From NCBI GenBank assembly GCA_965217185.1, contig OZ244252.1, forward strand, positions 2,624,001 through 2,688,000: a DNA stretch of 64,000 nt, read 5' to 3'. Both the position numbers and the translations under genes were made by a program. Positions within the stretch are counted from its first letter, which is position 1, and the number at the start of each line of letters is the position of its first letter. This document shows, piece after piece, positions 1-9,451 of the stretch. The DNA is from an uncultured Candidatus Entotheonella sp. Lineage in GTDB: Bacteria > Tectomicrobia > Entotheonellia > Entotheonellales > Entotheonellaceae. The notes under the pieces are model-generated. The model ran no database searches, was not told where the DNA came from, and saw nothing but the letters and a program-made list of their open reading frames with translations.

Positions 1-1
1 G

Positions 2-352
2 GATGCCTCCCGCCGTGCGGGTTGGGACAAGGAAGCGACGGAACGCCTGTCAGCAGCAGCAGAGGAAACGGTGCTGAGCCTTTTGGACGGCGGCGCCGAT
101 ACCGGCGGCCGCCGCCTGCTCGTCATCGCCCGTGCCGACGGGGAAGTGGCGGAATTGGAGTTCGTCGCCGCTGGCGGCGGCGAGAATCTGGAGGATCGGA
201 TGGTGCTCGGCGACTCCATCGACGCGCCGCCGGAACAAAACGTGTCGCTGCGCCTGCTACGCCACTTCGCCTCCGAGGTACGCCACCAGCAATACCACGA
301 CGCGGACATCGTGACGGTGCGGGTGGAACGCGCGCCGGCACCGCAAGGCTGA
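2..352 (+). CDS. C-terminal part of a protein ending in a HATPase_c/anti-sigma-like domain (possibly a permease fusion); 5' end outside window
   Basis: Frame open from position 2: DASRRAGWDKEATERLSAAAEETVLSLL...SLRLLRHFASEVRHQQYHDADIVTVRVE; TGA at 350-352. Confidence 0.6.
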   Translation, partial: DASRRAGWDKEATERLSAAAEETVLSLLDGGADTGGRRLLVIARADGEVAELEFVAAGGGENLEDRMVLGDSIDAPPEQNVSLRLLRHFASEVRHQQYHDADIVTVRVERAPAPQG

Positions 353-362
353 AGGCTCCAAC

Positions 363-414
363 AAAAAAACGGGACAACCGAACGCGCCGCGTGTGGCCGC
401 GTCCAGTTGCCCCG
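363..414 (-). terminator. Probable intrinsic terminator downstream of the LLM gene
   Basis: Imperfect GC-rich hairpin (CGGGACAAC...GTTGCCCCG) with an A7 run on +, i.e. a U-tract on the - strand, just after the stop at 432. Confidence 0.55.
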
Positions 415-431
415 AATTCGTCAGGCGATCG

Positions 432-1691
432 TCAGTCCTTGAACGCCGGGATGATGTGCTTGGCGAACATCTCCAATTGGCGCTCCTGCTCCTCCCACGA
501 CATCATACCTTGGTCGAAGAACCAGCCGAACCATTCCAGCTCGCCGTCGCCTTCGTGCATCTTGTGCAGGGCCTCGATCTCGCGCTTGACCTGATCGGGG
601 GTGCCGGCCAGGGCGTACTTGACGTCCCGCATGCGCTTCACGGTCCACTCCTTGGGTGGCAGCGGGGTGTACGGGTCGAGAGGGTACTGCTTGGCGTCGT
701 CGGGCGAGCGGTGCGCCTCGAAGAAGCCGAACGGCCCGAAGAACTCTTTGAAGCTGGCGAAATTGGTTTTGGCCAGCAGGTCCACGGCCTCCTGCTCGTT
801 GTTGCCGAAGTGCACGGAGCGCACCGCGCCCAGAGACTCGCCGAACTTGAGGTTGCGGCCCTCGTCGTTGGCCGAGTCCTGATAGACCTTGGCGATGTGC
901 CGGAAGCTCTCCGGGTGGGCGGTCAGAATCCACGGCGTGATGCCCTGCTTGGCGCACCAGAGGATCGTCCGCTCGCTGGCGCCGAAGGGCTGCATCATGG
1001 GCGGGTGCGGCTTCTGATAGGGCGCCGGGATGACGCACACGTTGCGGATGGCGCCGTTTTCGTCCAGTTCGCCGGGGGCGCCGTAGGTGTTCGTGAATTC
1101 CGTGATCGGCCAGCGGGTGATGCCGGTGTCGTACGGGTAAGGCACCTTGTAGTACTCGCCGTCGTGGTTGATTGTCTCCTGCGTCCAGGCTTTCTTGATG
1201 ACCTTGACCGCTTCCTCGAATACCGCGCGGTTATGGTTGTCCACGGCGCTGCCGTCCATGGTGGCGCCGGTGGAGTGGTACTGCTGCCCCATGATGTTGA
1301 CCCAGCGGTCCTGGTAGCCGCGCGCGAAGCCGACGTACAGGCGGCCCTTGCTGAGGTGGTCGAACACCGCCACTTCTTCCGCCACCCGGATTGGGTCCCA
1401 GGCAGCCAGGACGAGGCCGAGGGGGGCGAACTTGAGCCGTTCGGTGCGGGCCGCCAGGTCGGTGTACAGGAGCATGGGCGCCACCGAGGCTTCCATGCCT
1501 TCGGAGTGCATGTGATGCTCGGTGGTTCCCATCACGTCGAACCCCGCCTGGTCGGCAAAGACGGCCAGCTTGCGCAGCTCGTCGATCATCTGCTGGTACT
1601 TGTCGTGATTCCTGCCGATGGGCCTGAGTTGCTCGCGTTCCGCGAACGTCTCAGCGGGGATGGTCGGCAAGGCAAACAGCATGAATTTCAC
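432..1691 (-). CDS. LLM class (luciferase-like) flavin-dependent oxidoreductase
   Basis: GGAGG RBS then GTG start (MKFMLFALPT); motifs TTEHH, DPIRVAEEVAVFDHLSKGRL, ARGYQ, PYQKPHPP, GTPDQV. Confidence 0.9.
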   Translation of the reverse strand: MKFMLFALPTIPAETFAEREQLRPIGRNHDKYQQMIDELRKLAVFADQAGFDVMGTTEHHMHSEGMEASVAPMLLYTDLAARTERLKFAPLGLVLAAWDPIRVAEEVAVFDHLSKGRLYVGFARGYQDRWVNIMGQQYHSTGATMDGSAVDNHNRAVFEEAVKVIKKAWTQETINHDGEYYKVPYPYDTGITRWPITEFTNTYGAPGELDENGAIRNVCVIPAPYQKPHPPMMQPFGASERTILWCAKQGITPWILTAHPESFRHIAKVYQDSANDEGRNLKFGESLGAVRSVHFGNNEQEAVDLLAKTNFASFKEFFGPFGFFEAHRSPDDAKQYPLDPYTPLPPKEWTVKRMRDVKYALAGTPDQVKREIEALHKMHEGDGELEWFGWFFDQGMMSWEEQERQLEMFAKHIIPAFKD

Positions 1692-1791
1692 GCCACACCT
1701 CCTGTGTTCTCCACGGGTTGCAAGGAGCTTGAAATGAGGGCGGCATTGTAGGAGAGGCTCCGGGGCAGTGCAAGCGGGAGGCAGTTGACGT

Positions 1792-2307
1792 TCAGTCTTT
1801 GGCGGTGCCGTATTCGCGTTGCAGTCGCTGGATGACCAAGCGGTCGGTGGAAAAGGCGAGGTTGTCCGGCACGTCGTGCAAAGGCACCCAAGCAACCTCG
1901 TCAACGTCATCGGCCGCCTGAAGGGTTCCCTCCAGCACGGTGCCCCAAAACCAGATGCCGACCGAATGCGACGCCGGATCGTGGAAATTCGAATGCACCG
2001 CGTACACCTCTCCGATCTCGACCAACAAGCCGGTCTCCTCGCGGAATTCGCGCCGCGCCGCCGCGCGTACGTCCTCGTCGTACTCGACGTAACCGCACGG
2101 AATGCACCAGGCGCCCCGGTACGGCCCGCGCGCCCGCCGGGCCAGCACGAGTCGGCCTTCTTGCAGGACGATGACGGCGACGCCGACGGCGGGATTCTGC
2201 CAGAAGATAAACCGGCAGGCCGGACACACCATGCGTTCGTGGCCGTGCTGCATCTGGCGGGTGAATGCCGTGGCGCATCGTGGGCAATAGTCGTAGGTTC
2301 GCGGCAT
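1792..2307 (-). CDS. NUDIX hydrolase with N-terminal zinc ribbon
   Basis: CPRC...CPAC followed by a Nudix box GYVEYDEDVRAAARREFREETGL. Confidence 0.9.
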   Translation of the reverse strand: MPRTYDYCPRCATAFTRQMQHGHERMVCPACRFIFWQNPAVGVAVIVLQEGRLVLARRARGPYRGAWCIPCGYVEYDEDVRAAARREFREETGLLVEIGEVYAVHSNFHDPASHSVGIWFWGTVLEGTLQAADDVDEVAWVPLHDVPDNLAFSTDRLVIQRLQREYGTAKD

Positions 2308-2404
2308 GGCATTACCTCTTGACGTGCGTTGCAATTGGCCGTTGGGAAGGGATATAGTGCCCGCCGTCGTAGGTCATCCCCAAGTCCTGAAAGGAGTTCC
2401 AATC

Positions 2405-2917
2405 ATGCCGGCCGACGCGCCCTTGCCATCCGTGCCGCAACACGTTCTGGAAGGCATTTACACTCACGCCCGCGAGACCTATCCCGACGAATGCTGCGGG
2501 TTTCTCATCGCGCCGCAGGGCAGTCCGGTGATCGACGAGGCGCGCCCGTGCGTCAACGAGCAGAATCGCTACCACGCCCTCGACCCGGAGCGCTTTCCGC
2601 GCACGGCGCGCGAGGCTTACTACCTCGGCGGCAAGGATTTGAGATTCCTGCTCGAAAGCGTCTCCGGCGAGCGCCCGGTGAAGATCATCTACCATTCCCA
2701 CCCCGACGTCGGCGCCTACTTTTCCGCCGAGGACACCCGCGCCGCACTGGGCCGCGAACCCGACGACACCACGGAACCCCTCTACCCGGTGGACCACATC
2801 GTCATCGACGCCCAGTCCGACCACGTCGCCGAGGCCAAACTCTTCCGCTGGGACGGCGGGCAGCGCTCCTTCGTGCACGTAGACACCTACGCCGGCGAGC
2901 GTTCCGCCGTCAAGTAA
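2405..2917 (+). CDS. JAB/Mov34 (M67) metallopeptidase, Mec-like
   Basis: YPDECCG and YHSHPD...FSAED JAMM motif; AAGGAG RBS. Confidence 0.85.
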   Translation: MPADAPLPSVPQHVLEGIYTHARETYPDECCGFLIAPQGSPVIDEARPCVNEQNRYHALDPERFPRTAREAYYLGGKDLRFLLESVSGERPVKIIYHSHPDVGAYFSAEDTRAALGREPDDTTEPLYPVDHIVIDAQSDHVAEAKLFRWDGGQRSFVHVDTYAGERSAVK

Positions 2918-3042
2918 ATTTGGGCTTGCCACATGGCCTCCTTATATAGAACTGGGTAGTAAACCCGTGACATCCCTGTTACCTTCTATTCAGGTAAAGA
3001 GGATTGGCGTGGGCCAAGTGCATTTGAATAGGGAGAAAGTCA

Positions 3043-4251
3043 ATGTTAAGGCCACTCTATGCAGCGTTAGGTGTTCTGACGGTTGGTTTCGCCGTGATGG
3101 TTACCGGCAGCGCGTATGGGCAGGTGCACTCGGGGGTGCATCCGGTTCCAGCGGTGCTTAAACAGGTCATCGCCAGCTTTGACAACCCTGAAGGCTCCAT
3201 CTTCAGTGCGGACGGACGTTTCGTATTCGTGACCAGCGCCGCTGAACTTGGCCCCACACGCTCAGATGGCTTTGGGTGGGCTGAGGGCGAATCCTACATC
3301 AGCAAGCTCGAAGTGCTGGCGTCGGGCGAGTTGAAGATGGTGAATGACAAACTCATCACCGGCTTGACCGGGGGGGTGGGCATGGGCGTGCTGCCGGTGA
3401 GTACGGCGACGTTTCCCGCCGGAACGATTTTTGCCTGCTTGCCCCACGCACCGCTACGAGATGCCGATGGACAGGTGATCACTGACCGCAATCGGATGCG
3501 CTCGAAACTCCTGGCCTTCAACACGGACGGACAGGTACTTGGCGAGATTGATCTGGGACACGGATCGCTCTTCGAAGAGATCAACGGCAGTCCTGTCCTC
3601 ATACCCAATGCCATTGGATTCGATGCCAGCGGCAATCTCTTTTTGACCGATACGGCGCTGGCCGGTGATCAGTTTGAGCCGCCCTTTGAAAATAAAGGCG
3701 GCGTCTGGATGATTCCCGCGGGCGCTATAGACGATCTCGCCACAGGCAAACGTCCGGCGCAACTGCCGCTTTTCTTGCCGATGCCCGGCAAGCCGGATGG
3801 GGTCGAAGTCTCTCATCTGGATGGCAAGGTGTATGTGAACACGGTAGGTCTGGCGGCTGGAGCCCCGGATCCGATTGGTGGCGGTATCTATGCTCTGACC
3901 ATGAGCAACTTCGAGACCGGGGACCTGCCGTCGCCGATTGATCGCGACCTGGGCGCGTTGGACGGTCTGGATTTCACGCGTGGCGGAACGATGCTCAACA
4001 CGCAGATCCGCAGTGGTATGCCGAGTTACCTCACGGTGAACTGCCCTGGGAAAATCGCCACCATGCTGGCGATCGAGCCCGGCGGGAGCGCTGCGGATCT
4101 GAGCGGGCCGGCCGATATCGCTATCCGCCAACTGGCTGACGGCAGCCACCTGGTCGTCATTCCGGAACTCATGGCTCGTGATGATACGCCGGGAGATGAC
4201 GAGGTCTCGGTCGTGTTGCTGCCGCCCGATTTTGACGCGGCCTGTGAATAA
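3043..4251 (+). CDS. Secreted beta-propeller protein (SMP-30/NHL-like)
   Basis: Signal peptide; repeated PEGS/PNAI/PDGV/LDGL/PADI blade motifs. Confidence 0.7.
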   Translation: MLRPLYAALGVLTVGFAVMVTGSAYGQVHSGVHPVPAVLKQVIASFDNPEGSIFSADGRFVFVTSAAELGPTRSDGFGWAEGESYISKLEVLASGELKMVNDKLITGLTGGVGMGVLPVSTATFPAGTIFACLPHAPLRDADGQVITDRNRMRSKLLAFNTDGQVLGEIDLGHGSLFEEINGSPVLIPNAIGFDASGNLFLTDTALAGDQFEPPFENKGGVWMIPAGAIDDLATGKRPAQLPLFLPMPGKPDGVEVSHLDGKVYVNTVGLAAGAPDPIGGGIYALTMSNFETGDLPSPIDRDLGALDGLDFTRGGTMLNTQIRSGMPSYLTVNCPGKIATMLAIEPGGSAADLSGPADIAIRQLADGSHLVVIPELMARDDTPGDDEVSVVLLPPDFDAACE

Positions 4252-4335
4252 GTGGAACGTAGGGGTAGCTCATTGCCGGAAACCTGATGTTAGCGGCAAG
4301 AGCTACCCAATTTCTCTCCTGGGGACAGCCAGACC

Positions 4336-4731
4336 GTGGCAACCACCCTGCTGCTGTCGAAAATCCTCGGCCCCGTGTTGCTGCTCCACGGAATTTCCAT
4401 CCTCATCGACCGACAACACTTCATCGCCATGCTGGAAGGGTTGGAAAAGGAGACAACTTCCGTTGCATTCTCCGTCTTTCCAATCATCCTGCTCATGGTC
4501 AGCATCACGCTTGCCGTGACCCACTCGGACACATCAAGTCCTGCCGCCGTCATCCTCCACGTCATCGCCTGGGGCGGCATCCTCAAGGGAGCGGTGTTGA
4601 TCCTCCGGCCCAAGGTGCTGCTCGCTCAAGCGCAGCATTTTGGTAGGCCCGGCTTTCTGCATGGGGTCTGGATCGTCTGCATCTGTCTGGGGTCATATTT
4701 CACTTGGTTCGGGTATTTCAGAGTGGCTTGA
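4336..4731 (+). CDS. Small integral membrane protein (about 4 TM)
   Basis: 131 aa with four hydrophobic segments. Confidence 0.7.
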   Translation: MATTLLLSKILGPVLLLHGISILIDRQHFIAMLEGLEKETTSVAFSVFPIILLMVSITLAVTHSDTSSPAAVILHVIAWGGILKGAVLILRPKVLLAQAQHFGRPGFLHGVWIVCICLGSYFTWFGYFRVA

Positions 4732-4800
4732 CAGGAATGTTACGGACCCGGCGGCTCGCGGCGGCCAAACCGCGCCTGCAGGCAGAGCCGCCGGCGCATC

Positions 4801-5477
4801 TCACATACCCGGATCACCGGCCGGCGGCTGCTTCAAGCCGACAAATGTTCCGAGCAAGGCACCTTCGCCCCCCACAACCGTTTCAAAGGATACGCCTACC
4901 GTTCCGGCTACCAGGCGCGGACCACCGGCTTCGTCCGATTTATCCGATTTATTGGACAAATTGCCTTCCCACGACCCGCTTGACGACGTCACGAAACCGG
5001 GCGGCAAGCCCGCGTCCCCGGTTGGCTCTAATTTGAGATTTCCGCTGCTCCCAAAGGCCCATCCATTTGGAGAGGCGTCTCAAAAAGCTTGACTCGATAG
5101 GGCAGGACTCTTGCCTCCCGTTGCATCCGTTCACCGGATTCTCCATCCACAAAAAGGAGATCGTGAACCCGGAATCCCTGCAACGGTACAGACGCAATCT
5201 GGCATCCCATGCAGCCTTTCTATCGTTTGTTCTTCAAAGTCAGTGGTCAGCAGGATGGTCGAGTCAAATCTTCCGACTTCCGAACTCCCCGCAGTTACCG
5301 CCGGATTCGCAGGATTCGTTCCGTACCGACTGACGTAAAATCCTTGCGCGAGGCCTTCGTAACTGGCTTCTCCGCTAACGGGCAAGACCGCAGCAGTCAT
5401 CGGCGACAATTCTGGTCCGTCTACGAAGACCCCGGCCTCGGCGTTCTCAAAGTCCAGAGACTGACCTTCGCCTAACG
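4801..5477 (-). pseudogene. 5'-truncated, twice frameshifted remnant of a TbpB-like beta-barrel surface protein
   Basis: Three consecutive frames join into AGVFVDGPEL...LPVSGEASYEG...LTTDFEEQTI / GCMGC... / SSSGSWEGNLS...PRLVAGTVG...GALLGTFVG; no start codon or RBS for the upstream end. Confidence 0.6.
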
Positions 5478-6341
5478 TTATTGATGCACCAGCGGCATGC
5501 CCGGATAGGGCGCGCGGAAGCTCGGCAGCGTGGTGCCTTCGAGATTGCCCACGTAGGCCGTGCACAGATCGTCGCCGCCGAAACAGAGGTTGCTCGGGCG
5601 CGGCAGAATGGTTCCGGTGGGGTCGTCCAGCAGGATATGCCAGTCCGCCTCCGGCGTCATCACGCCGATGGCGTTACGGAACGGCATGGTGACCCACAGG
5701 TTGCCGGCCTGATCGAAGGAGCAGCCGTCGGGGTAGGAATTTTCGCCCAGGTGCGGGCCAAACTGTTCGCGCGGGCCCAAAGTGCCGTCGGCACGTACCG
5801 GGAAGCGCATGATGCGGATGGTCGAGGTTTCGGCAATGTAGAGGTATTCCTCAGAGGCATCCAGAGTGAAGCCGTTAGCGAAGTACACCTCGGTGGCGGC
5901 GAGGCGCGCTTGGCCGTCCTCGATCACCGCGATGGCGCCGTCGGGCCGCGGCTCCCAAATCGCGGGCCGGCGCGGCTCCGCGTCGGTGGAGTGGGAAACC
6001 CAGATACGGCCCTTGCTATCGACGTACGGAAAGTTGGGGGCCTTCAAGGCGCGGCCATCAGCGTGCGTTGCCAGCACCTCGTGCCGGCCGTCGGGGTGCA
6101 GTCGCTGCACCTGGCCGTTGCCGATATTCGCCACGATGATGTCGCCGTTCGTGTCGATGCAGATGCCATTCGGCATGCCCTGCAAATCCCCCACCAGGGT
6201 ATGCTCGCCATCGGGCGTAATGCGGGCGCAGCCGCCGCGCTCGTCGGCCGCCCAGACGGTGCCGTCCCGTGCCGCCATGGCGCCTTCCGGGCGGTGCAGA
6301 TCGTGACTGAATTGGGTGATGTCCGACAGCGCGAGTTGCAT
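5478..6341 (-). CDS. SMP-30/gluconolactonase/LRE family protein
   Basis: PEG, PNG, ANG, PDG, SNLCFGG motifs; GGAGG RBS. Confidence 0.9.
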   Translation of the reverse strand: MQLALSDITQFSHDLHRPEGAMAARDGTVWAADERGGCARITPDGEHTLVGDLQGMPNGICIDTNGDIIVANIGNGQVQRLHPDGRHEVLATHADGRALKAPNFPYVDSKGRIWVSHSTDAEPRRPAIWEPRPDGAIAVIEDGQARLAATEVYFANGFTLDASEEYLYIAETSTIRIMRFPVRADGTLGPREQFGPHLGENSYPDGCSFDQAGNLWVTMPFRNAIGVMTPEADWHILLDDPTGTILPRPSNLCFGGDDLCTAYVGNLEGTTLPSFRAPYPGMPLVHQ

Positions 6342-6544
6342 ATTTGTCCTCCGGGCAGGGTGGTGTTGGTGCTGGTTTAAAGGGCCGCCACTATAGCGGA
6401 CGGCCTTGGACGGTACAAGCCGCGGGCTGTCTTGACATCCCCATCGCCGCCGTCGCATGATGCCGCGCGGGGAGTTCTCCCCGCCTCCTGCAATGCTCTC
6501 GACACCCTGCCGTATGGCCACATTACGAAACGATCGGAGACACG

Positions 6545-7573
6545 ATGCAGTATACGAAGCTCGGGCGCACCGGCATGACGGTGTCGCGAATCTGTCTTGG
6601 ATGCATGAGTTACGGCGGTGGCGAACAGCCCGCCTGGGCGCGGCCCCGAGATTGGGCTCTGAGCAAGGAAGACGCCCGCGAGCACTTCGCCTTGGCGCTG
6701 GAGGCCGGCGTTACCTTTTTCGACACCGCCGACGTATACTCGGTGGGTCTGAGCGAGGCCATTACGGGCCATTGGCTGGGCGAAATGGCGCAGCGCGACG
6801 ACATCGTGGTCGCCACCAAGGTGAACGGCGCCATGGGGCCGGGACCCAACCGCCGCGGCCTGAGCCGCAAGCACATCATCGAGGCGTGCGAGAATTCGCT
6901 GCGGCGGCTCAACATGGACTACATCGACCTCTACCAGATCCATCGATGGGACCCGACCACCCCGATCGAGGAAACACTCGATGCGCTCGACTCGCTGGTG
7001 CGCTCCGGCAAGGTGCGCTATCTGGGCGCCAGCAGCATGGCGACGTGGCAGTTTTCCAAGGCGTTGTACGTGGCGCGCGAGCACGGCTGGCACCGCTTCG
7101 TGGCCATGCAGAACCATTACAACCTGATCTACCGCGAGGAGGAACGTGAGATGATTCCGCTATGCCTGGATCAGGGGGTGGGGCTCATTCCGTGGAGTCC
7201 GCTGGCGCGGGGATTTTTTGCTGGTAACCGTCACGGCGAAGATGAGGCATCGGCAACCAGGCGGGCGCAGACAGACGATTTTGCGCAGCAGATGTATTTC
7301 CGGGACAACGATTTCAAGGTCGCGGCCGCCGCGCAGCAGGTCGCCAGCCAACACGGGGTTACGCCCACCCAGATCGCCTGCGCCTGGATTCTACAAGCAC
7401 CGGGCGTCACCGCGCCCATCATCGGCGCCACCAAGATTCATCACCTCAAGGAACTCTTTGACGCCGTTGACATCACCCTCAGCGCCGAGGAAGTGGCGGC
7501 GCTTGAGGAATCCTACCAGCCCCATCCCATTCTGGGCCACGAGCAGCCCAAACCGGCGGACATGGCCGGATAA
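6545..7573 (+). CDS. Aldo/keto reductase
   Basis: FFDTADVY, ATK, DYIDLYQIHRWD, WSPLARG, PIIGAT. Confidence 0.95.
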   Translation: MQYTKLGRTGMTVSRICLGCMSYGGGEQPAWARPRDWALSKEDAREHFALALEAGVTFFDTADVYSVGLSEAITGHWLGEMAQRDDIVVATKVNGAMGPGPNRRGLSRKHIIEACENSLRRLNMDYIDLYQIHRWDPTTPIEETLDALDSLVRSGKVRYLGASSMATWQFSKALYVAREHGWHRFVAMQNHYNLIYREEEREMIPLCLDQGVGLIPWSPLARGFFAGNRHGEDEASATRRAQTDDFAQQMYFRDNDFKVAAAAQQVASQHGVTPTQIACAWILQAPGVTAPIIGATKIHHLKELFDAVDITLSAEEVAALEESYQPHPILGHEQPKPADMAG

Positions 7574-7584
7574 CACGCGACTTA

Positions 7585-8031
7585 TCAGCCGTAGCGGGGA
7601 TGCCAGGAACCGCTCCAGGTGGTCATCTTGCTCGGTGTCAGCTTCAGCAGGTAACGGGGCTTGTCGAGCGTGCCGCGCAGGTAGGTAAGCCCCGCCTCGC
7701 CGCCGTAGCGTTGGGCCATTTCGGTGGCGATCTCCAACATTTGCCCCTCCATCCTGACCGGCCCGGCCACGACTTCGATGTTGCCCTCGAGCAGCACGCG
7801 GGGGTGCGCCGGGTCAACGTCGTCGGCGCACGAGACGGCGACCCGCGCTTCGTGTTGGATGTGGGCGACGAAGCGGGACTTTTCGCGCGGAATGATATAC
7901 ATCGACGTGCCGTCCCAGTACTGCCACACCGGTACCACGTACGGCGCGCCGTCGGGCTTTACGGTTGCCAGGCGGGCGTTGATCGGGCCCGCCAACAAGG
8001 CGTCGAGTTGGGTTTTGGTCAACGGCGGCAT
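7585..8031 (-). CDS. Pyridoxamine 5'-phosphate oxidase-like (PPOX, possibly F420-dependent) protein
   Basis: ARLATVKPDGAPYVVPVW motif. Confidence 0.85.
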   Translation of the reverse strand: MPPLTKTQLDALLAGPINARLATVKPDGAPYVVPVWQYWDGTSMYIIPREKSRFVAHIQHEARVAVSCADDVDPAHPRVLLEGNIEVVAGPVRMEGQMLEIATEMAQRYGGEAGLTYLRGTLDKPRYLLKLTPSKMTTWSGSWHPRYG

Positions 8032-8046
8032 GGTGTGCTCCTCAGA

Positions 8047-8973
8047 TCATACAAATGCGACGTGGCCCTCGGCCCACGCCTTGATGAGGTGATGGGCGAT
8101 GGCGATGGGCGCCGGAACGCGCAGGTCCGGGTTTTCGTCGCGCAGCGCTGCCTGCACCGCGTCGCGGCTGAACCAGCGCACGTCCGTCATTTCCTCGTCG
8201 TCGATGTGAATGTCCGTACTCAGCGCCCGCCCGTGGCAGCCGATCATCAACGACGACGGAAACGGCCACGGCTGCGACGAATGGTAGCGCACCTCACCGA
8301 CCTGGATTCCCGCCTCTTCCTTCACCTCACGTCGTACCGCTTCTTCGACCGACTCGCCCTGGTTCATGAATCCGGCCAAGGCGGAATACATGCCCGTGCG
8401 CGACAAGCGGCCGCGGCTCTGGCCCAGCAGGCAGCAGTCCTCGTCCGCTATCAGCATGATGGCCACGGGGTCGGTGCGGGGGAAATGCTCGGCCTTGCAG
8501 GCGGGGCACCGACGCACGATACCGCCGCGGCCCTGCGCAGTACGCTCGCCGCACACGCTGCAGAACCGGTGGCGCTGGTGCCAGTCGATCTGGGACCGAC
8601 TTTGCGCCACGATGCCCGCGTCGGGGCCGCACAGTTGGGTGGCGGCCGTGCGGGCGTCTTCAAAGCGCCAGCCATCCACCAAACCCAAGTCGGTAAGTGG
8701 CTCTTCCAGAACCGAAACGTCGATGGCAAAGTGCGCCACACCATCCCGCAGGCCGAGAAAAACGGGCGGCACGCCGTTTATGCACGACGCCAGCGCCTCA
8801 GGCCCCAGCCAGCCGAGCCGCGTGTCCGCATCGTCCCGGATCAAGATGTTGAGTTGCCACAATGGCAAAAACCGGCTGCCAGGGTTTCCGGCCTGTTCGT
8901 CCAACCATCGCTGATCGCGGCGCTGCACGTCGCCGTGGTCGAGCGGGTTACCAGCAAACACGTGTGGGGTCAT
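8047..8973 (-). CDS. nudC: NAD(+) diphosphatase
   Basis: RFCSVCG...CPAC, FPRTDP, Nudix box, SQPWPFPSS signature. Confidence 0.95.
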   Translation of the reverse strand: MTPHVFAGNPLDHGDVQRRDQRWLDEQAGNPGSRFLPLWQLNILIRDDADTRLGWLGPEALASCINGVPPVFLGLRDGVAHFAIDVSVLEEPLTDLGLVDGWRFEDARTAATQLCGPDAGIVAQSRSQIDWHQRHRFCSVCGERTAQGRGGIVRRCPACKAEHFPRTDPVAIMLIADEDCCLLGQSRGRLSRTGMYSALAGFMNQGESVEEAVRREVKEEAGIQVGEVRYHSSQPWPFPSSLMIGCHGRALSTDIHIDDEEMTDVRWFSRDAVQAALRDENPDLRVPAPIAIAHHLIKAWAEGHVAFV

Positions 8974-9076
8974 GTTCTTCTTCCGATCGCAAGGCAGGAA
9001 GTTGAAGGCGTAGGGCGGGCTATTAGCCCCTATAACAGTGGAAACGACTTAGCAGCTTACCACAACCCGTCCTCCC

Positions 9077-9301
9077 TCACGACGCCTGCGGCGGCGTGCT
9101 CTCGATCAGGGGATAGCCAAGCTGGCGCAGCCGCTCGGCGGTCCGGCGCAACCGCTCCGGGTCGCTGATGGCCATAGTGGCTTCGGGGGGGCCGATCCAC
9201 GTCTTGGTTTTGGGCGTGGCGAAGAGCCGTCCGATAATTTCCTGCGGCCCCCGGACGGTGCCGCCTTCGTAATCGATATACAGGGTTGGTTTGTCGGCCA
9301 T
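9077..9301 (-). CDS. Hypothetical protein, 74 aa
   Basis: AAGGAG RBS before ATG; host-like codon usage. Confidence 0.6.
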   Translation of the reverse strand: MADKPTLYIDYEGGTVRGPQEIIGRLFATPKTKTWIGPPEATMAISDPERLRRTAERLRQLGYPLIESTPPQAS

Positions 9302-9451
9302 GAGGGCTCCTTTCGGGATGTGTTTTCAATGGATGCCAACGGTATTGGACCCGCCGCCGTCATCGTGCCGTGTCGTCAGCCATTATCGGATATAATGCCC
9401 CGCTTGATAACCATTGCGCGCAGATATAACCAAACCGTAGAGGGGCCGCTG

